Source of the DNA: Candidatus Hydrogenedentota bacterium | GTDB taxonomy: Bacteria; Hydrogenedentota; Hydrogenedentia; Hydrogenedentales; SLHB01 | Reading direction: 5' to 3' | Length of the DNA stretch: 64,000 bases | Assembly: GCA_020848835.1 (NCBI GenBank) | Contig: JADLHJ010000011.1 | Span: 10,862-74,861 of the forward strand | Shown here: positions 41,301-49,825 of the stretch, piece by piece | How the letters are laid out: each line of letters opens with the position of its first letter | Position numbering within the stretch: the first letter of the stretch is position 1 | Translations under genes and position numbers: made by a program | Notes under the pieces: model-generated | Seen by the model: only the letters and a program-made list of their open reading frames with translations | What the model was told of the DNA's origin: nothing | Database searches by the model: none

Positions 41301-41833
41301 TTGAAGCGCTGCCAGATGATCGAGACGAGACAATTAGCGTTACGGCAAATGACAAGGGATACTATCGCGTGACGGGACTGAGGCCCGGTGAGCACGTAAT
41401 TCGGCTAATGCGGAAGGCCCCTTCCGATCCGAATCAACGTTACGAAACACCTTTCAAAGTCGAACTGCAATCCGGCCAAATACTGAACCATGATATTTCG
41501 TTTGGTACGGGTTCGATAGTAGCGGCGTGCTCGGGCGTACGCGCCGGGTTTGATGGACGACTTCTAATTGTACCGGGAGAGAACAATACCGAAAACATGA
41601 CGCTGTTAGGCGCGTATTCGCTAATTGAAAAGGCAATCTATGACAAAGAAATCACAACGGACGAAACACTAATCGCGAAAGAGGTGCCGGAAGGACCTTA
41701 CACAGTCTTGTGGGCAACTTACGATGCAAAGGCTGAAACCGATGAAGCGCGTTTCGCCTCGACCGAGTTCATAGCCGCGATAGCGATTGTGGAAACGGGA
41801 CAGGAAACAAAGATGCAGCTTTCGCTTCGTTGA
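38315..41833 (+). CDS. ECF sigma-70 factor fused to a TM helix and a large extracytoplasmic CarboxypepD_reg-like repeat region
   Basis: Sigma region 2 (VVQDSFLTAYQQL). Region 4 HTH (LDESDREVILLCYFAGKSAGEIAAALDSTPAAIRKRLQRAREKL). A TM helix MKVAAVLAVVLALGGGAY at about residue 240. About 900 aa follow with repeated GxxxGxVxDxxGxPI blocks. Confidence 0.7.
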   Translation: MSHFCPAMAHDRCKETRAVLGIARNNDVELIRRTLSGQRDAFGLLVDRYLRFAYAIAYARAHSRTDADDVVQDSFLTAYQQLNTLREPARFSAWLATIVRRLSGKSNQRARLAESAESAAAPSELVHPEHERDELRALIRTEVQALDESDREVILLCYFAGKSAGEIAAALDSTPAAIRKRLQRAREKLGERLLSSIAETSKPNTDANKQIMGVIAAAPTVWNVTTSSTGVLTTGGAFAMKVAAVLAVVLALGGGAYSLRNRSLDANKPSAPTQYAKTSSTSAPRQVPKADTEVATNEADKAADKWVSVAPKYPFRFEAIVLDPNGEIAVDVPVQIRVLERYSPSFNGTDRVIAEASVRSDENGCVVAQLESGPQSDQGYVYIELSAQRDTTGRYTKAMFSQSTTRLYALQLISLGTIRGLVRDALGNPIENARIEPRAYDRPDGQSHMYQWNESGVVTANDGTFRIDHLYAGRWQFQIIADGFAPKLTEFIPTESNLEITLDPGLRLAGTLIDDASGNVAPNVRLQLSSKQMWQERHQSTTDSNGHFTFSSLSSGVYQLNTDDHPHYIALEQSEITVQNSVEDLAIHLETGGIITGQLVDADSQKGIAGTKAVANLTASSQTKHPRNRSEATTDKNGNYQIEGLPSGEYKVMFWSPDALPKATPESIQLMPTTNIAAGKTVELHAHAIDRRNQIRGNVRTIDGKAIQGIYVFAVALDHPEWYDPTIISFNGVRTDEHGTFVIYLPGTSQNTFVIARGLGFATRESGPYIVHGQPDDAINLIAYPVGRILGQVIDSRGARISRARFTYRGSASPLQQTNTKPGSSNSLNRLLERDQLSEDGNFYLTNLPPDTYTFEYKGSSTSATLEQAKTLRSFSISAAPLGSAILSGNVTIKKVAAEDVLIQILGGTEGSSSETKTNAYGNFSQVDMPEGEYNLIINCRDDADGARIVRRSSTKVTLPASGTTTLNTDFATGDCGIEGHIKENGKAVRAEFYMVEALPDDRDETISVTANDKGYYRVTGLRPGEHVIRLMRKAPSDPNQRYETPFKVELQSGQILNHDISFGTGSIVAACSGVRAGFDGRLLIVPGENNTENMTLLGAYSLIEKAIYDKEITTDETLIAKEVPEGPYTVLWATYDAKAETDEARFASTEFIAAIAIVETGQETKMQLSLR

Positions 41834-41839
41834 GGCGAA

Positions 41840-43528
41840 TCAATCAATCCCTTCTCGCTTCATCAGACGCCACAATGTCGTGCGGCCGATGCCGAGGAGT
41901 TCGGCGGCTTCGGAGCGATTGCCGCGGGTTCGTTTGAGCATGGCGCGGAGCACGTCGCCATTGAGTTCTTGTGAGGGCCGTACTGAACGGAACGATATGA
42001 TTTCTTCGGGCAGGTCTTCGATACCGAGCTCGCGGTTCGGCCCGAAGACGACGGAGTGATCGATCGTATTCTTGAGTTGCCGTAGATTCCCTGGCCACGC
42101 ACAGTCAAGCAAGGCCTGCTTGAACTCCTTCGAGAACTGCGCAGCGGGACGATCATATTTGTCCCGCGCGTCTACCATGAACAAGTGCGCGAGTGGAAGC
42201 ACGCAATCGAGGCGATCGCGCAGAGGCGGCACATCGATGCGGCCGATGGCGATTGCGTAGTAAAGGTCCTCGCGGATTTTACCGTGCGCCAATTGCGTCT
42301 GCGGATCGTACTGCGTCGCGGCAATCACGCGGATATCCGCCTTTGCCGGCTCTTCCGAACCGAGCGGTGTGACAATCTTATCCTCCATTGCCCGCAACAA
42401 CAGGCCCTGCGCTTCAGGCGTCAGGTGCGTGATCTCGTCGAAGTAGATCGTACCCTTGTTTGCCCGGGCCAGCGCGCCCACGTGTCCTCGCGACGCGCCT
42501 TGAAAAGCACCCTGCGCAAACCCGGCGAGCTCTTGTACCAACAACGATGCGGCCAGCGATCGGCAATCGACGACTTCGAAAGAACCCGCCTTACGCCCAC
42601 TGGCGAGATGGATCGCCTTGGCGAGGGTGGCACGGCCCGTCCCCGGTTCGCCGACGATGAGTACTGGCACGTCGGATACCGCGACCTGCTTGGCGCGGCG
42701 CATCACCGCCTGCATATTCTCGGAATCTGCAATGAGACTGTCTAGCAAGAGGTCGCTTTTGAGCCTGCGCTGCAACGCTTGTAGCGCAGCGTTCGAGCGG
42801 CTTGCCGCTTCTCTGTATTGGTTCGCTTGCTCGTCGCGGGCGGCGAAATCAACCTCGATGGAATCCGTCTTGAACGCATTCCGCGCCCAGTCGGCCTCTT
42901 CGCCCCATTCGTTCTCGAACCGCGCCAGAATCCGGCAAGGGCCTTTGTTGGAGGCTGCGCAGGACTTTTCCAAGGCAATGACCCTGCGCCCGAGGACTTC
43001 CGAGGTATGGCCCGCCAGGTAACCGCAGGTTGTCCAGCAGACCGATTCGGCAGGTTCGGTGGTGACGAGGCGGTGGACGGTGGCTTCCGTACAAGATTGG
43101 AGGGCGATTTCCCTGTAAAGTGTATTTGACTCCAGGTCGTACTCGAATCGGACAGGTTCCGCGACTACTTTTCCCAGCATTTGGGCGAAAACGCAGACAG
43201 CCTGGAGCGCCAAACGCACATTCCCCTCGTATTGCTCCAGGTGACGAAGCGCGTCGCGGCGGCCTTGCTCGAAGCCTATCCGGTAGAAAAGGGCGCGGGC
43301 CCTATCTCGTCCCAGCATTTGGAGGATTTGGCGGCGTTGAACTGCCATAGACTCGACATCTTCAAAGACGCCGACCCGCCCCATGAAGCTGACCTTACCC
43401 GAGGGAGGGCTGGTCTCTATCCAACTGGTTCGGGTGTTTTCGAGGTAGTGGCCGAGAACGGGTGGTAAATCGAGGAAGACTTGTGCGCTAAGACGGGTCG
43501 GACGCTTGATCATGTGGTGTGCCCCCAA
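41840..43528 (-). CDS. sigma-54-dependent transcriptional activator with XylR-N/V4R-like sensor (no receiver domain)
   Basis: AAA+ core VLIVGEPGTGRATLAKAIH and GAFQGA box. C-terminal Fis HTH AAELLGIGRTTLWRLMK. N-terminal about 230 aa resemble the XylR/DmpR sensor. Confidence 0.8.
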   Translation of the reverse strand: MGAHHMIKRPTRLSAQVFLDLPPVLGHYLENTRTSWIETSPPSGKVSFMGRVGVFEDVESMAVQRRQILQMLGRDRARALFYRIGFEQGRRDALRHLEQYEGNVRLALQAVCVFAQMLGKVVAEPVRFEYDLESNTLYREIALQSCTEATVHRLVTTEPAESVCWTTCGYLAGHTSEVLGRRVIALEKSCAASNKGPCRILARFENEWGEEADWARNAFKTDSIEVDFAARDEQANQYREAASRSNAALQALQRRLKSDLLLDSLIADSENMQAVMRRAKQVAVSDVPVLIVGEPGTGRATLAKAIHLASGRKAGSFEVVDCRSLAASLLVQELAGFAQGAFQGASRGHVGALARANKGTIYFDEITHLTPEAQGLLLRAMEDKIVTPLGSEEPAKADIRVIAATQYDPQTQLAHGKIREDLYYAIAIGRIDVPPLRDRLDCVLPLAHLFMVDARDKYDRPAAQFSKEFKQALLDCAWPGNLRQLKNTIDHSVVFGPNRELGIEDLPEEIISFRSVRPSQELNGDVLRAMLKRTRGNRSEAAELLGIGRTTLWRLMKREGID

Positions 43529-43624
43529 GCCGCAAGAGTCTAACAGCTACTTGATGGAAAATCAAGTGTTTCAGTAGAAACATGACGGATGTGAGGATAG
43601 TGATAGGAGCGCGAGGCGAGAATT

Positions 43625-43655
43625 ACATCCCCCTGAATCCCCCTTCTAAGGGGGA
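43625..43655. repeat. dispersed repeat family B, copy 2
   Basis: ACATCCCCCTGAATCCCCCTTCTAAGGGGGA with a perfect CCCCCTT/AAGGGGG hairpin. Lies about 95 nt 5' of the sigma-54 activator ATG. Confidence 0.55.
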
Positions 43656-43697
43656 CTAAGATGGTTAGTGCGGGCGTAATTGCAATGAACCGGTCAA

Positions 43698-44579
43698 TCA
43701 TTTTGTGGGTGCCGATTCCGTCTGCTTCTTGAGGCGGAGGTGGCGTTTCTTCATTCCGCTGAGGATAATCCAGAGGATGATGCCCGCCACTGAAGCGGCA
43801 AGTGCCATCACCTGCTGATCCGTGAGGCCGAAAAGGTGAACCGGGTTGCCGTCGTCGCGGAGCATTTCGATGCCAAAGCGGCCGATTCCGTAGAAGATGA
43901 AGTAGTAACAGGCGGTAGAACCGTGAAAGGGACGGCAGTACTTGCGAAGAGTAATTAATAATATACACAAAAACAATAGGCCGGCGCTGCTGTAAAGCTG
44001 TGTGGGGTGTACGTGATAGGACCATTGATCGACTGCGGGGTCGAGGCCGAAGCGGTGTACATGGTCCATGAACGCCGGGCTGCCTGTATAGGACTTCGTG
44101 GTGTCAAAGGGCACACGGGGAAAGCTGATCCCCCAGGGGACATCCGTGCGGGCACCGTAGCAACAGCCGTTGAGAAAGCAGCCGAGCCGACCGATTGCAT
44201 GGCCCAGTGCAAGGCAGGGTACGGCGAGATCGGCGAGCGTCCAGAAGGGCATCTTGTGCTTGCGCGTCCAGTAATAAAGAAACGCAACGGCAGGCGGAAT
44301 GGCGCCCTGGAAGACGAGTCCCCCATTCCAGATCGCGAACCAGCCGAGCGGGTCACGCCATGAAAAGTCCTCCGGGAACATCATGATAAAGGCCACGCGG
44401 GTCCCGGCGATGGCGAGCAACAAGACCCAGAATGCGGCATCGGCGATCTTATCGGGGTCAAGGCCGTACTTGGGAGCGTGGCGGCGCGCGAGGAAAAGGC
44501 CTGCGAGAAATCCAAGGGCGAGCATTAGCCCATAGGAATGGACAGGAAGAGGACCAAGCTTCAAAAGGACAGGGTACAT
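43698..44579 (-). CDS. lgt: prolipoprotein diacylglyceryl transferase
   Basis: MYPVLLKLGPLPVHSYGLMLALGFLAG start. Lgt signature region around GRLGCFLNGCCYG. Confidence 0.85.
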   Translation of the reverse strand: MYPVLLKLGPLPVHSYGLMLALGFLAGLFLARRHAPKYGLDPDKIADAAFWVLLLAIAGTRVAFIMMFPEDFSWRDPLGWFAIWNGGLVFQGAIPPAVAFLYYWTRKHKMPFWTLADLAVPCLALGHAIGRLGCFLNGCCYGARTDVPWGISFPRVPFDTTKSYTGSPAFMDHVHRFGLDPAVDQWSYHVHPTQLYSSAGLLFLCILLITLRKYCRPFHGSTACYYFIFYGIGRFGIEMLRDDGNPVHLFGLTDQQVMALAASVAGIILWIILSGMKKRHLRLKKQTESAPTK

Positions 44580-45438
44580 GCGTAGTTCCTAAACGGTTAA
44601 ACCACTCCGCACGATGACGGGGATTGAAACGAAGATGTTACTGCGTCGGGGTGTGGGGTGTCGATTTTTTGGTTCGGATTGATGCCATCGCGTTGCATTA
44701 CACATACCTTACCTATTTGGATGTCGCTTTTTTGACTTCTACGCGGTCGGTGGATTGTTAACAGCCTCCGCGAAAGACGGCGCCAGTTCCCTGTACAACG
44801 TCCGGCGCGGAGACCGGACGCTACACCAAGCACGTTGGACACGGAGGGGGGTGTGAAGAACTTTTTTCTGACGAAACAATGGGGGGTGATCTTTCTTTTT
44901 TTTTTGACGATTCAAGGGGGTGGTGAGCGAAAAAAACCTCATAACTCCTGATTCTACGGTCGAGGGTGAGGTGACACCCCCAGGGGGTGTCGTGGGGGTG
45001 CAGGCGGTGGTTGCGTGGAAGGAAGATAATGATGACGTGGGTTGCGTGGTCGCGCTCCCCCGCTTTGGCTGGCGGTTTGCATGCGTATTGGGATGCATTG
45101 GATTTCATTTGTTTAGGCTCCTGTCTGCATTCGGCGGTATTTATTTCCTGGCTCCTATTTTGCGCGTTTGGGCACGCGGGGGCATCGTCCGGCGCGAAGG
45201 CTGGACGCTACGACGAGCGAACCAAGACCGCGTAAACTCGGAATTACGAACCTGACTCGTTTCGACGGAAGACCGCTTCAACGCGGAACTCCGAACCGAA
45301 CTCGATGCGTACGAAGTCTGCGGCGGAAGTGGAACGGTGCACACTCTATAGCCCAGCGCGTTGTACTCTGGACGGGGCGTGTCAAACTGCGGACATTCTT
45401 ACCTCACGCGAAGACGGCGTGAAGGACGCTATACTGCG

Positions 45439-45789
45439 CGAATGCGAATTCGGATTGTCAGCACTCCACAAGGCGAAGCGCCGGAAGAAGTCCGGAGGGG
45501 TTGGATTGGGCTGGAATTGCCGCTGCCGCCAAAGTTCAATGGTCCCGCGACTTTTCTTGGAACAAGCGTTCTTGCTGCGCCTCAGAACTGGATTGGGCAG
45601 ATAATCGCCATGCTGACCGGACGTGCGAGAATACGCACGGGATACAGCGTGGAAACCTCAGACGCGCTTCGCCTGCTGGTGCGACACAACCCGGACGCCG
45701 CGGAGTGGTGGTACAAGAACACACCGCGACTAGTTCATCCCGGGCGCTATTTCGTGTTCGCAGCCGATTGTTGCGAAGAAGTGGAGTGA
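45439..45789 (+). CDS. hypothetical protein (weakly supported)
   Basis: 116-aa ORF MRIRIVSTPQGEAPEEVRRGWIGLELPLPP...WWYKNTPRLVHPGRYFVFAADCCEEVE with balanced composition. No recognisable domain. It overlaps the convergent downstream gene by about 40 nt. Confidence 0.3.
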   Translation, partial: RMRIRIVSTPQGEAPEEVRRGWIGLELPLPPKFNGPATFLGTSVLAAPQNWIGQIIAMLTGRARIRTGYSVETSDALRLLVRHNPDAAEWWYKNTPRLVHPGRYFVFAADCCEEVE

Positions 45790-46499
45790 CTGCGAAATAG
45801 AGCTGCAGGAAAGTCTTTGATCCACGTGACGTGCCCATCCATGTATAGCACGTTGTTACCATTGGCTGACTTGAGTGGCGGCGTGATGCTAATCACGACC
45901 GGTATTTTGGCCTGTGTCTCGGCGGGCGCTGATGCATTCGTTGTGTCGGTTATAAATTGCCGTTCCACGCCCTCTTTGAGCCTGTAGAAAGTTTTGCCTT
46001 CGACAACAATGTCATCGCTCAACTTTTCTGAACTGAGCCCGCGCCGCGCTTCGATTAGCTGCGCCAACTCGACGTTATCTTCCGTCGCCCACCCGGTGTA
46101 CGCGTAACTTTGGGCCGCGAGCCGTGTAAGCGCCTCCCAATCTATTGGCTGTTGTGTGGACAGTGTATTAATTTGACCGCGCAATTCTTCCGCGTTCGGC
46201 AGATTGGGACTCACCATAATGGAAAGATCAGATAGGTATTCGGGATAAACTGATTGCAAATCGAACATCCAAATGTCAGCGTATCGCGTCGTGGGCGGGA
46301 ACAAATCATCGTGCTCACCCGAGTACATCTTAAAGACAATGCCTAGCTGCTTGAGATTGTTCTGATCGCCCGCCCGAGGCGATCCCGATCGTGATCTGCC
46401 TAATGCTGGCAAGAGAACTGTGCCAACAATAGTGAGGACAACAGCAACGCCTAGAACCTCGAACCACGGGAACCATCGTGCCTTTTGACCCGAATCCAT
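45747..46499 (-). CDS. DUF1559-like (H-X9-DG) protein with plain TM anchor instead of prepilin leader
   Basis: QNNLKQLGIVFKMY and C-terminal NVLYMDGHVTW match the DUF1559 core. N-terminus is WFPWFEVLGVAVVLTIVGTVLLPA rather than a G-FTLIE prepilin motif. Confidence 0.65.
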   Translation of the reverse strand: MDSGQKARWFPWFEVLGVAVVLTIVGTVLLPALGRSRSGSPRAGDQNNLKQLGIVFKMYSGEHDDLFPPTTRYADIWMFDLQSVYPEYLSDLSIMVSPNLPNAEELRGQINTLSTQQPIDWEALTRLAAQSYAYTGWATEDNVELAQLIEARRGLSSEKLSDDIVVEGKTFYRLKEGVERQFITDTTNASAPAETQAKIPVVISITPPLKSANGNNVLYMDGHVTWIKDFPAALFRSHSTSSQQSAANTK

Positions 46500-46572
46500 G
46501 TGTGAACCTCCCTGGATGATGCTTTCCGGCGTGTCTGACTTGCTTCTTACTACGCCGTCGCCGCAGGAAGGT

Positions 46573-47505
46573 TCATTTTATGAGTAGAGAAATATTGGGT
46601 AGGTTGCCCTCGAAGGACACGTGCCCATCCAAATACAACACATTCCCGCCTTCAGCATTTGTCGTGCAGTTAAACATTACTGGAATGGACTTCTGTAAGA
46701 AATCCGGCCCCGCCGCCGGACCGTTGATGTCGGTAACAAGGAAGCGCGCGACGCCTTCCTTCAGGCGGTAGTAATATTTTCCATTCCATTCCAAATGGTC
46801 ATCCAGTTGCTGCGGATTTACCCGGCGCGCGTTGGAGAGCGTCTCCAACTCTGAAACGTCTAGCATTCCCCAACCGGTATAGGTGTAGCTCTGCGCTGCG
46901 ATACGCGTAATGGCTTCCCAATCTGTCGGTGTCTGTGATACGAGCGCGTTGAGTTTTTTGACCAATTCCTCTGCGTCCGGCCGATTGGGGTTTACAAGAA
47001 CGGCAAGGTCTGTAAGATATTCCGGGTACACTGCGCGGAGATCAAACATCCAAACATCGTTATACGGCGCCATGGGCGGGTACTTTTCCCCGGGATCATC
47101 GCTCGCATACATTTTGAACACAATGCCGAGCTGTTTGAGATTATTTTGATCGCTGGCACGGCGGGAAGCCTCACGAGCCTGCGGCAGAAGAAGTGTACTA
47201 AGCATCGCGATCACGCAAAGCGTCAACAACAGCGTCGCCAACCTCAGGCCGCGATCGGTGCGTTTCACAGCTTCGGCATGGGCCGCCTCATTCACTGCGG
47301 CAACGGTGGATTTCGCGAGACCGAGCGGGGCTTGTTCTTCAGGCAGCGAACCGAGCACATCGAGCATACGACGTTCATGCGCAAGTGCTTCTCGCCACTC
47401 AGCAGATTCCGCAAGGTGTCGATCAACCACCACGCGTTCTGACGGTGAAAGTGTCTCAAGCAGGTAGCCACGTACCAGCCTTGATTGAACGTCGTGCTCT
47501 GTCAT
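46573..47505 (-). CDS. anti-sigma factor (zinc-less ASD) fused via TM helix to a DUF1559-like ectodomain
   Basis: N-terminal LVRGYLLETLSPSERVVVDRHLAESAEWREALAHERRML equals the anti-sigma HLAxCxxCRxEL motif with the Cys replaced by Ser/Trp. TM LRLATLLLTLCVIAMLSTLLLP. Then SDQNNLKQLGIVFKMY...GGNVLYLDGHVSF. 4-nt overlap (ATGA) with the upstream ECF sigma gene. Confidence 0.65.
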   Translation of the reverse strand: MTEHDVQSRLVRGYLLETLSPSERVVVDRHLAESAEWREALAHERRMLDVLGSLPEEQAPLGLAKSTVAAVNEAAHAEAVKRTDRGLRLATLLLTLCVIAMLSTLLLPQAREASRRASDQNNLKQLGIVFKMYASDDPGEKYPPMAPYNDVWMFDLRAVYPEYLTDLAVLVNPNRPDAEELVKKLNALVSQTPTDWEAITRIAAQSYTYTGWGMLDVSELETLSNARRVNPQQLDDHLEWNGKYYYRLKEGVARFLVTDINGPAAGPDFLQKSIPVMFNCTTNAEGGNVLYLDGHVSFEGNLPNISLLIK

Positions 47506-48107
47506 GGCGCGAGGTCCTTCAATTCATCCATCAAAAATTGCACGGCCTTATTCATGCGCGATTTAACGGTTCCCTGCGGGATAAACAGTGCACGCGCGAT
47601 TTCGCTGTACGGCATATTTTGATAGCGGGCCATCACAAACACTGTTCGTTGTTTAATGGGTAGTCGCTGCAAAGCCGAGTGCAATCGCGCTTGCAGTTCG
47701 GCCGCGCCCGCGTCCGCAGCGGGATTCGGACGACCATCCGGTAGCGTATCAACGACTGGTTTGGCGTCTGGATCACGCGATGCCGGCGCATCGAGCGGAA
47801 TCGTCGGTCTTCGGCGACGCGCGCGTAGTTTATCGCGGCAAAGGTTCGTTGCGATGCGATAGATCCACGGCCGCACGGGCGCACCCCGACGGTACCGTGG
47901 GCGGTGTTTATACACGCGAAGGAAAGTCTCCTGGAAAACGTCGCGGGCATCTTCCCTATTATCGAGTACACGAAAGGCATAGTTGTACAAGGGAGACTCA
48001 TAACGGTGAACGAGTGTCTCGAAAGCCTCGCCGCTATCATCACAGATCGCGGCCATGAGCCTTTCATCGCTCTCGTCAGTGCCATTCGCATGGGTTGAAT
48101 ACGTCAT
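47502..48107 (-). CDS. ECF (group IV) sigma-70 factor
   Basis: Region 2 (DVFQETFLRVYKH...WIYRIATN). Region 4 (LPIKQRTVFVMARYQNMPYSEIARALFIPQGTVKSRMNKA). Confidence 0.85.
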   Translation of the reverse strand: MTYSTHANGTDESDERLMAAICDDSGEAFETLVHRYESPLYNYAFRVLDNREDARDVFQETFLRVYKHRPRYRRGAPVRPWIYRIATNLCRDKLRARRRRPTIPLDAPASRDPDAKPVVDTLPDGRPNPAADAGAAELQARLHSALQRLPIKQRTVFVMARYQNMPYSEIARALFIPQGTVKSRMNKAVQFLMDELKDLAP

Positions 48108-48378
48108 AGCCGCCTGATTGGTTCACGCTTACGGCCGTTGCTCTGTTGAAACCCGTGCTCACCCTGAATGTGCCAGCCCTTCAGGCCTTGAATAAGAAGG
48201 GGTGGTTGGCTCGTACCTGGGCCTCACGGGCCCACGCTAGAAACCGTATCGCGCCTTCAGCGCTGAATACGTCCGACCCGTATGTCGTGTACTCGAGAAG
48301 GTTTCAGCAGAGCAACGGCTAAGTATAGCCGCCGCACTGAGAAATCGTGATGACATTTTTTTTGGAACGTCGTCCGAC

Positions 48379-49749
48379 TTATTTGTCGTCCGCGGCGAGT
48401 CTTTCGACTGCGCGCACTGCGGATACCACGCAGTCGTTGAGACCGACGCCGCGGTAAGCATTGCCCGCGAAGTAGAGGCCGGGGTTGCGTTGTTCGGCGG
48501 CGGCGATGGCTTCGAGGTTTTGGCCGTGGTTGAGCAGGTATTGGGGGATGCCGCGGACGTGGCGGAAGATGCGCGTGAATTTGGGTGCGCCGTTGACCCG
48601 CATGAGCGGGTGAACTTCGCGGTGGACGATGTCGAGTAATTGGGCATCGGACAAGCGCACAGCATCCGGGTCGGTCGCACCACCGATCATCGTGCGCAGG
48701 AGCACGCTGCCGTCCGGCGCTTCGTGCGGAAATATGGACGAGGTCCACAAGCAGCCGAGCATGCGTTTGCCTTCGCTGCGCGGCACGAGAAAACCGAAGC
48801 CGTTTACGTCGTGCGCGATTTGCTCGCGCGAATAGCCGGTGCAAATGACCGCAATGTCCGCGTAGGGAATTTGTGCAAGGACCTTGGCCACGTCCGCATC
48901 GAAATCGGCGAGTGCATCCGCCGCGGCGTAGGTTGGCATTGCGACGATGACGTATTGCGCGTTGACCGTGTCGCCATTGGAAGTTTCTACGCGATATTCT
49001 TTGTTCTCCCGTGTGATGCGCCGTGCGCCGTTTCCGAACAACACACGCGGGTCGAGTTGTTCGGCGACGTGCGCTGGCAGAAAGCCGATGCCTTCACTAA
49101 AGGTCGTCAGCACACCGCTGGGTCCCATTGCGCTCGTTTTCTTGTTCGCGCGACGCTTGCTCATGAGCGCTTTGAACAGCGTGCCGTATTCTTTTTCCAT
49201 GGCCGCCATGCGCGGGAAACAATGTTCCAGCGACAATTGCTTTGCGTCGCCGCCAAAGACGCCGCTGACCATGCAAGATACGAGCGTGTCCGCCGCTTCG
49301 TGCCCGATGCGGCGCGCGGCGAAATTCCAGATCGTTTCCGGATTGTCGTTTGATTTTTGCGGCACGAATGGCTCGCACAAGAGACGCATGCGACCCGCCA
49401 CGGACAGCAATGGACTAAACATAAATGCGGGCGGCGGTTTGATCTCGACAAGATTTCCATTCTTGAGGATGAACCGTTTTGCCGCGGCTTCGTTGGCGCG
49501 CACCAGCGAATCGGTCAGGCCAAGATCGTCCACCCACTTCAAGGTAAGCGGCTCGCGATCGAGGAAACCGTTGGGTCCCCAATCGAGGCGGAAGCCGTCG
49601 ATACATTCCGTGCGGGTCGTTCCGCCTGGCGACTGCGCGGCTTCGAGTACGAGGACACTTTCGCGTCCCAACAATTCGGAAAGGTAATGCGCGGCGCACA
49701 TTCCGGTGACGCCCGCGCCGAGGATTGCGACTTTTGTTTCGTAGGTCAT
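48379..49749 (-). CDS. hemY: protoporphyrinogen/coproporphyrinogen oxidase (HemY/CgoX family, FAD-dependent)
   Basis: VAILGAGVTGMCAAHYL FAD-binding start. 456-aa length. C-terminal LYFAGNAYRGVGLNDCV. Confidence 0.7.
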   Translation of the reverse strand: MTYETKVAILGAGVTGMCAAHYLSELLGRESVLVLEAAQSPGGTTRTECIDGFRLDWGPNGFLDREPLTLKWVDDLGLTDSLVRANEAAAKRFILKNGNLVEIKPPPAFMFSPLLSVAGRMRLLCEPFVPQKSNDNPETIWNFAARRIGHEAADTLVSCMVSGVFGGDAKQLSLEHCFPRMAAMEKEYGTLFKALMSKRRANKKTSAMGPSGVLTTFSEGIGFLPAHVAEQLDPRVLFGNGARRITRENKEYRVETSNGDTVNAQYVIVAMPTYAAADALADFDADVAKVLAQIPYADIAVICTGYSREQIAHDVNGFGFLVPRSEGKRMLGCLWTSSIFPHEAPDGSVLLRTMIGGATDPDAVRLSDAQLLDIVHREVHPLMRVNGAPKFTRIFRHVRGIPQYLLNHGQNLEAIAAAEQRNPGLYFAGNAYRGVGLNDCVVSAVRAVERLAADDK

Positions 49750-49825
49750 ATGCCGCCAGAGTATAGCCGTTTCGTGCTATGCTACGCGAAGCGGGGCGCA
49801 ACGTGTGTGGTAGACTTGGAGTGTC

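Noticed and set aside
44860-44990. Possible tmRNA 5' end (GGGGG-UGAUCU...UUGACGAUUC...GGGGG)
   Set aside because: No matching tRNA-like 3' domain (T-arm GGUUCGAAUCC / CCA acceptor) was found on either strand, and the resemblance is limited to a few G-runs. Kept only as a generic ncRNA candidate region.
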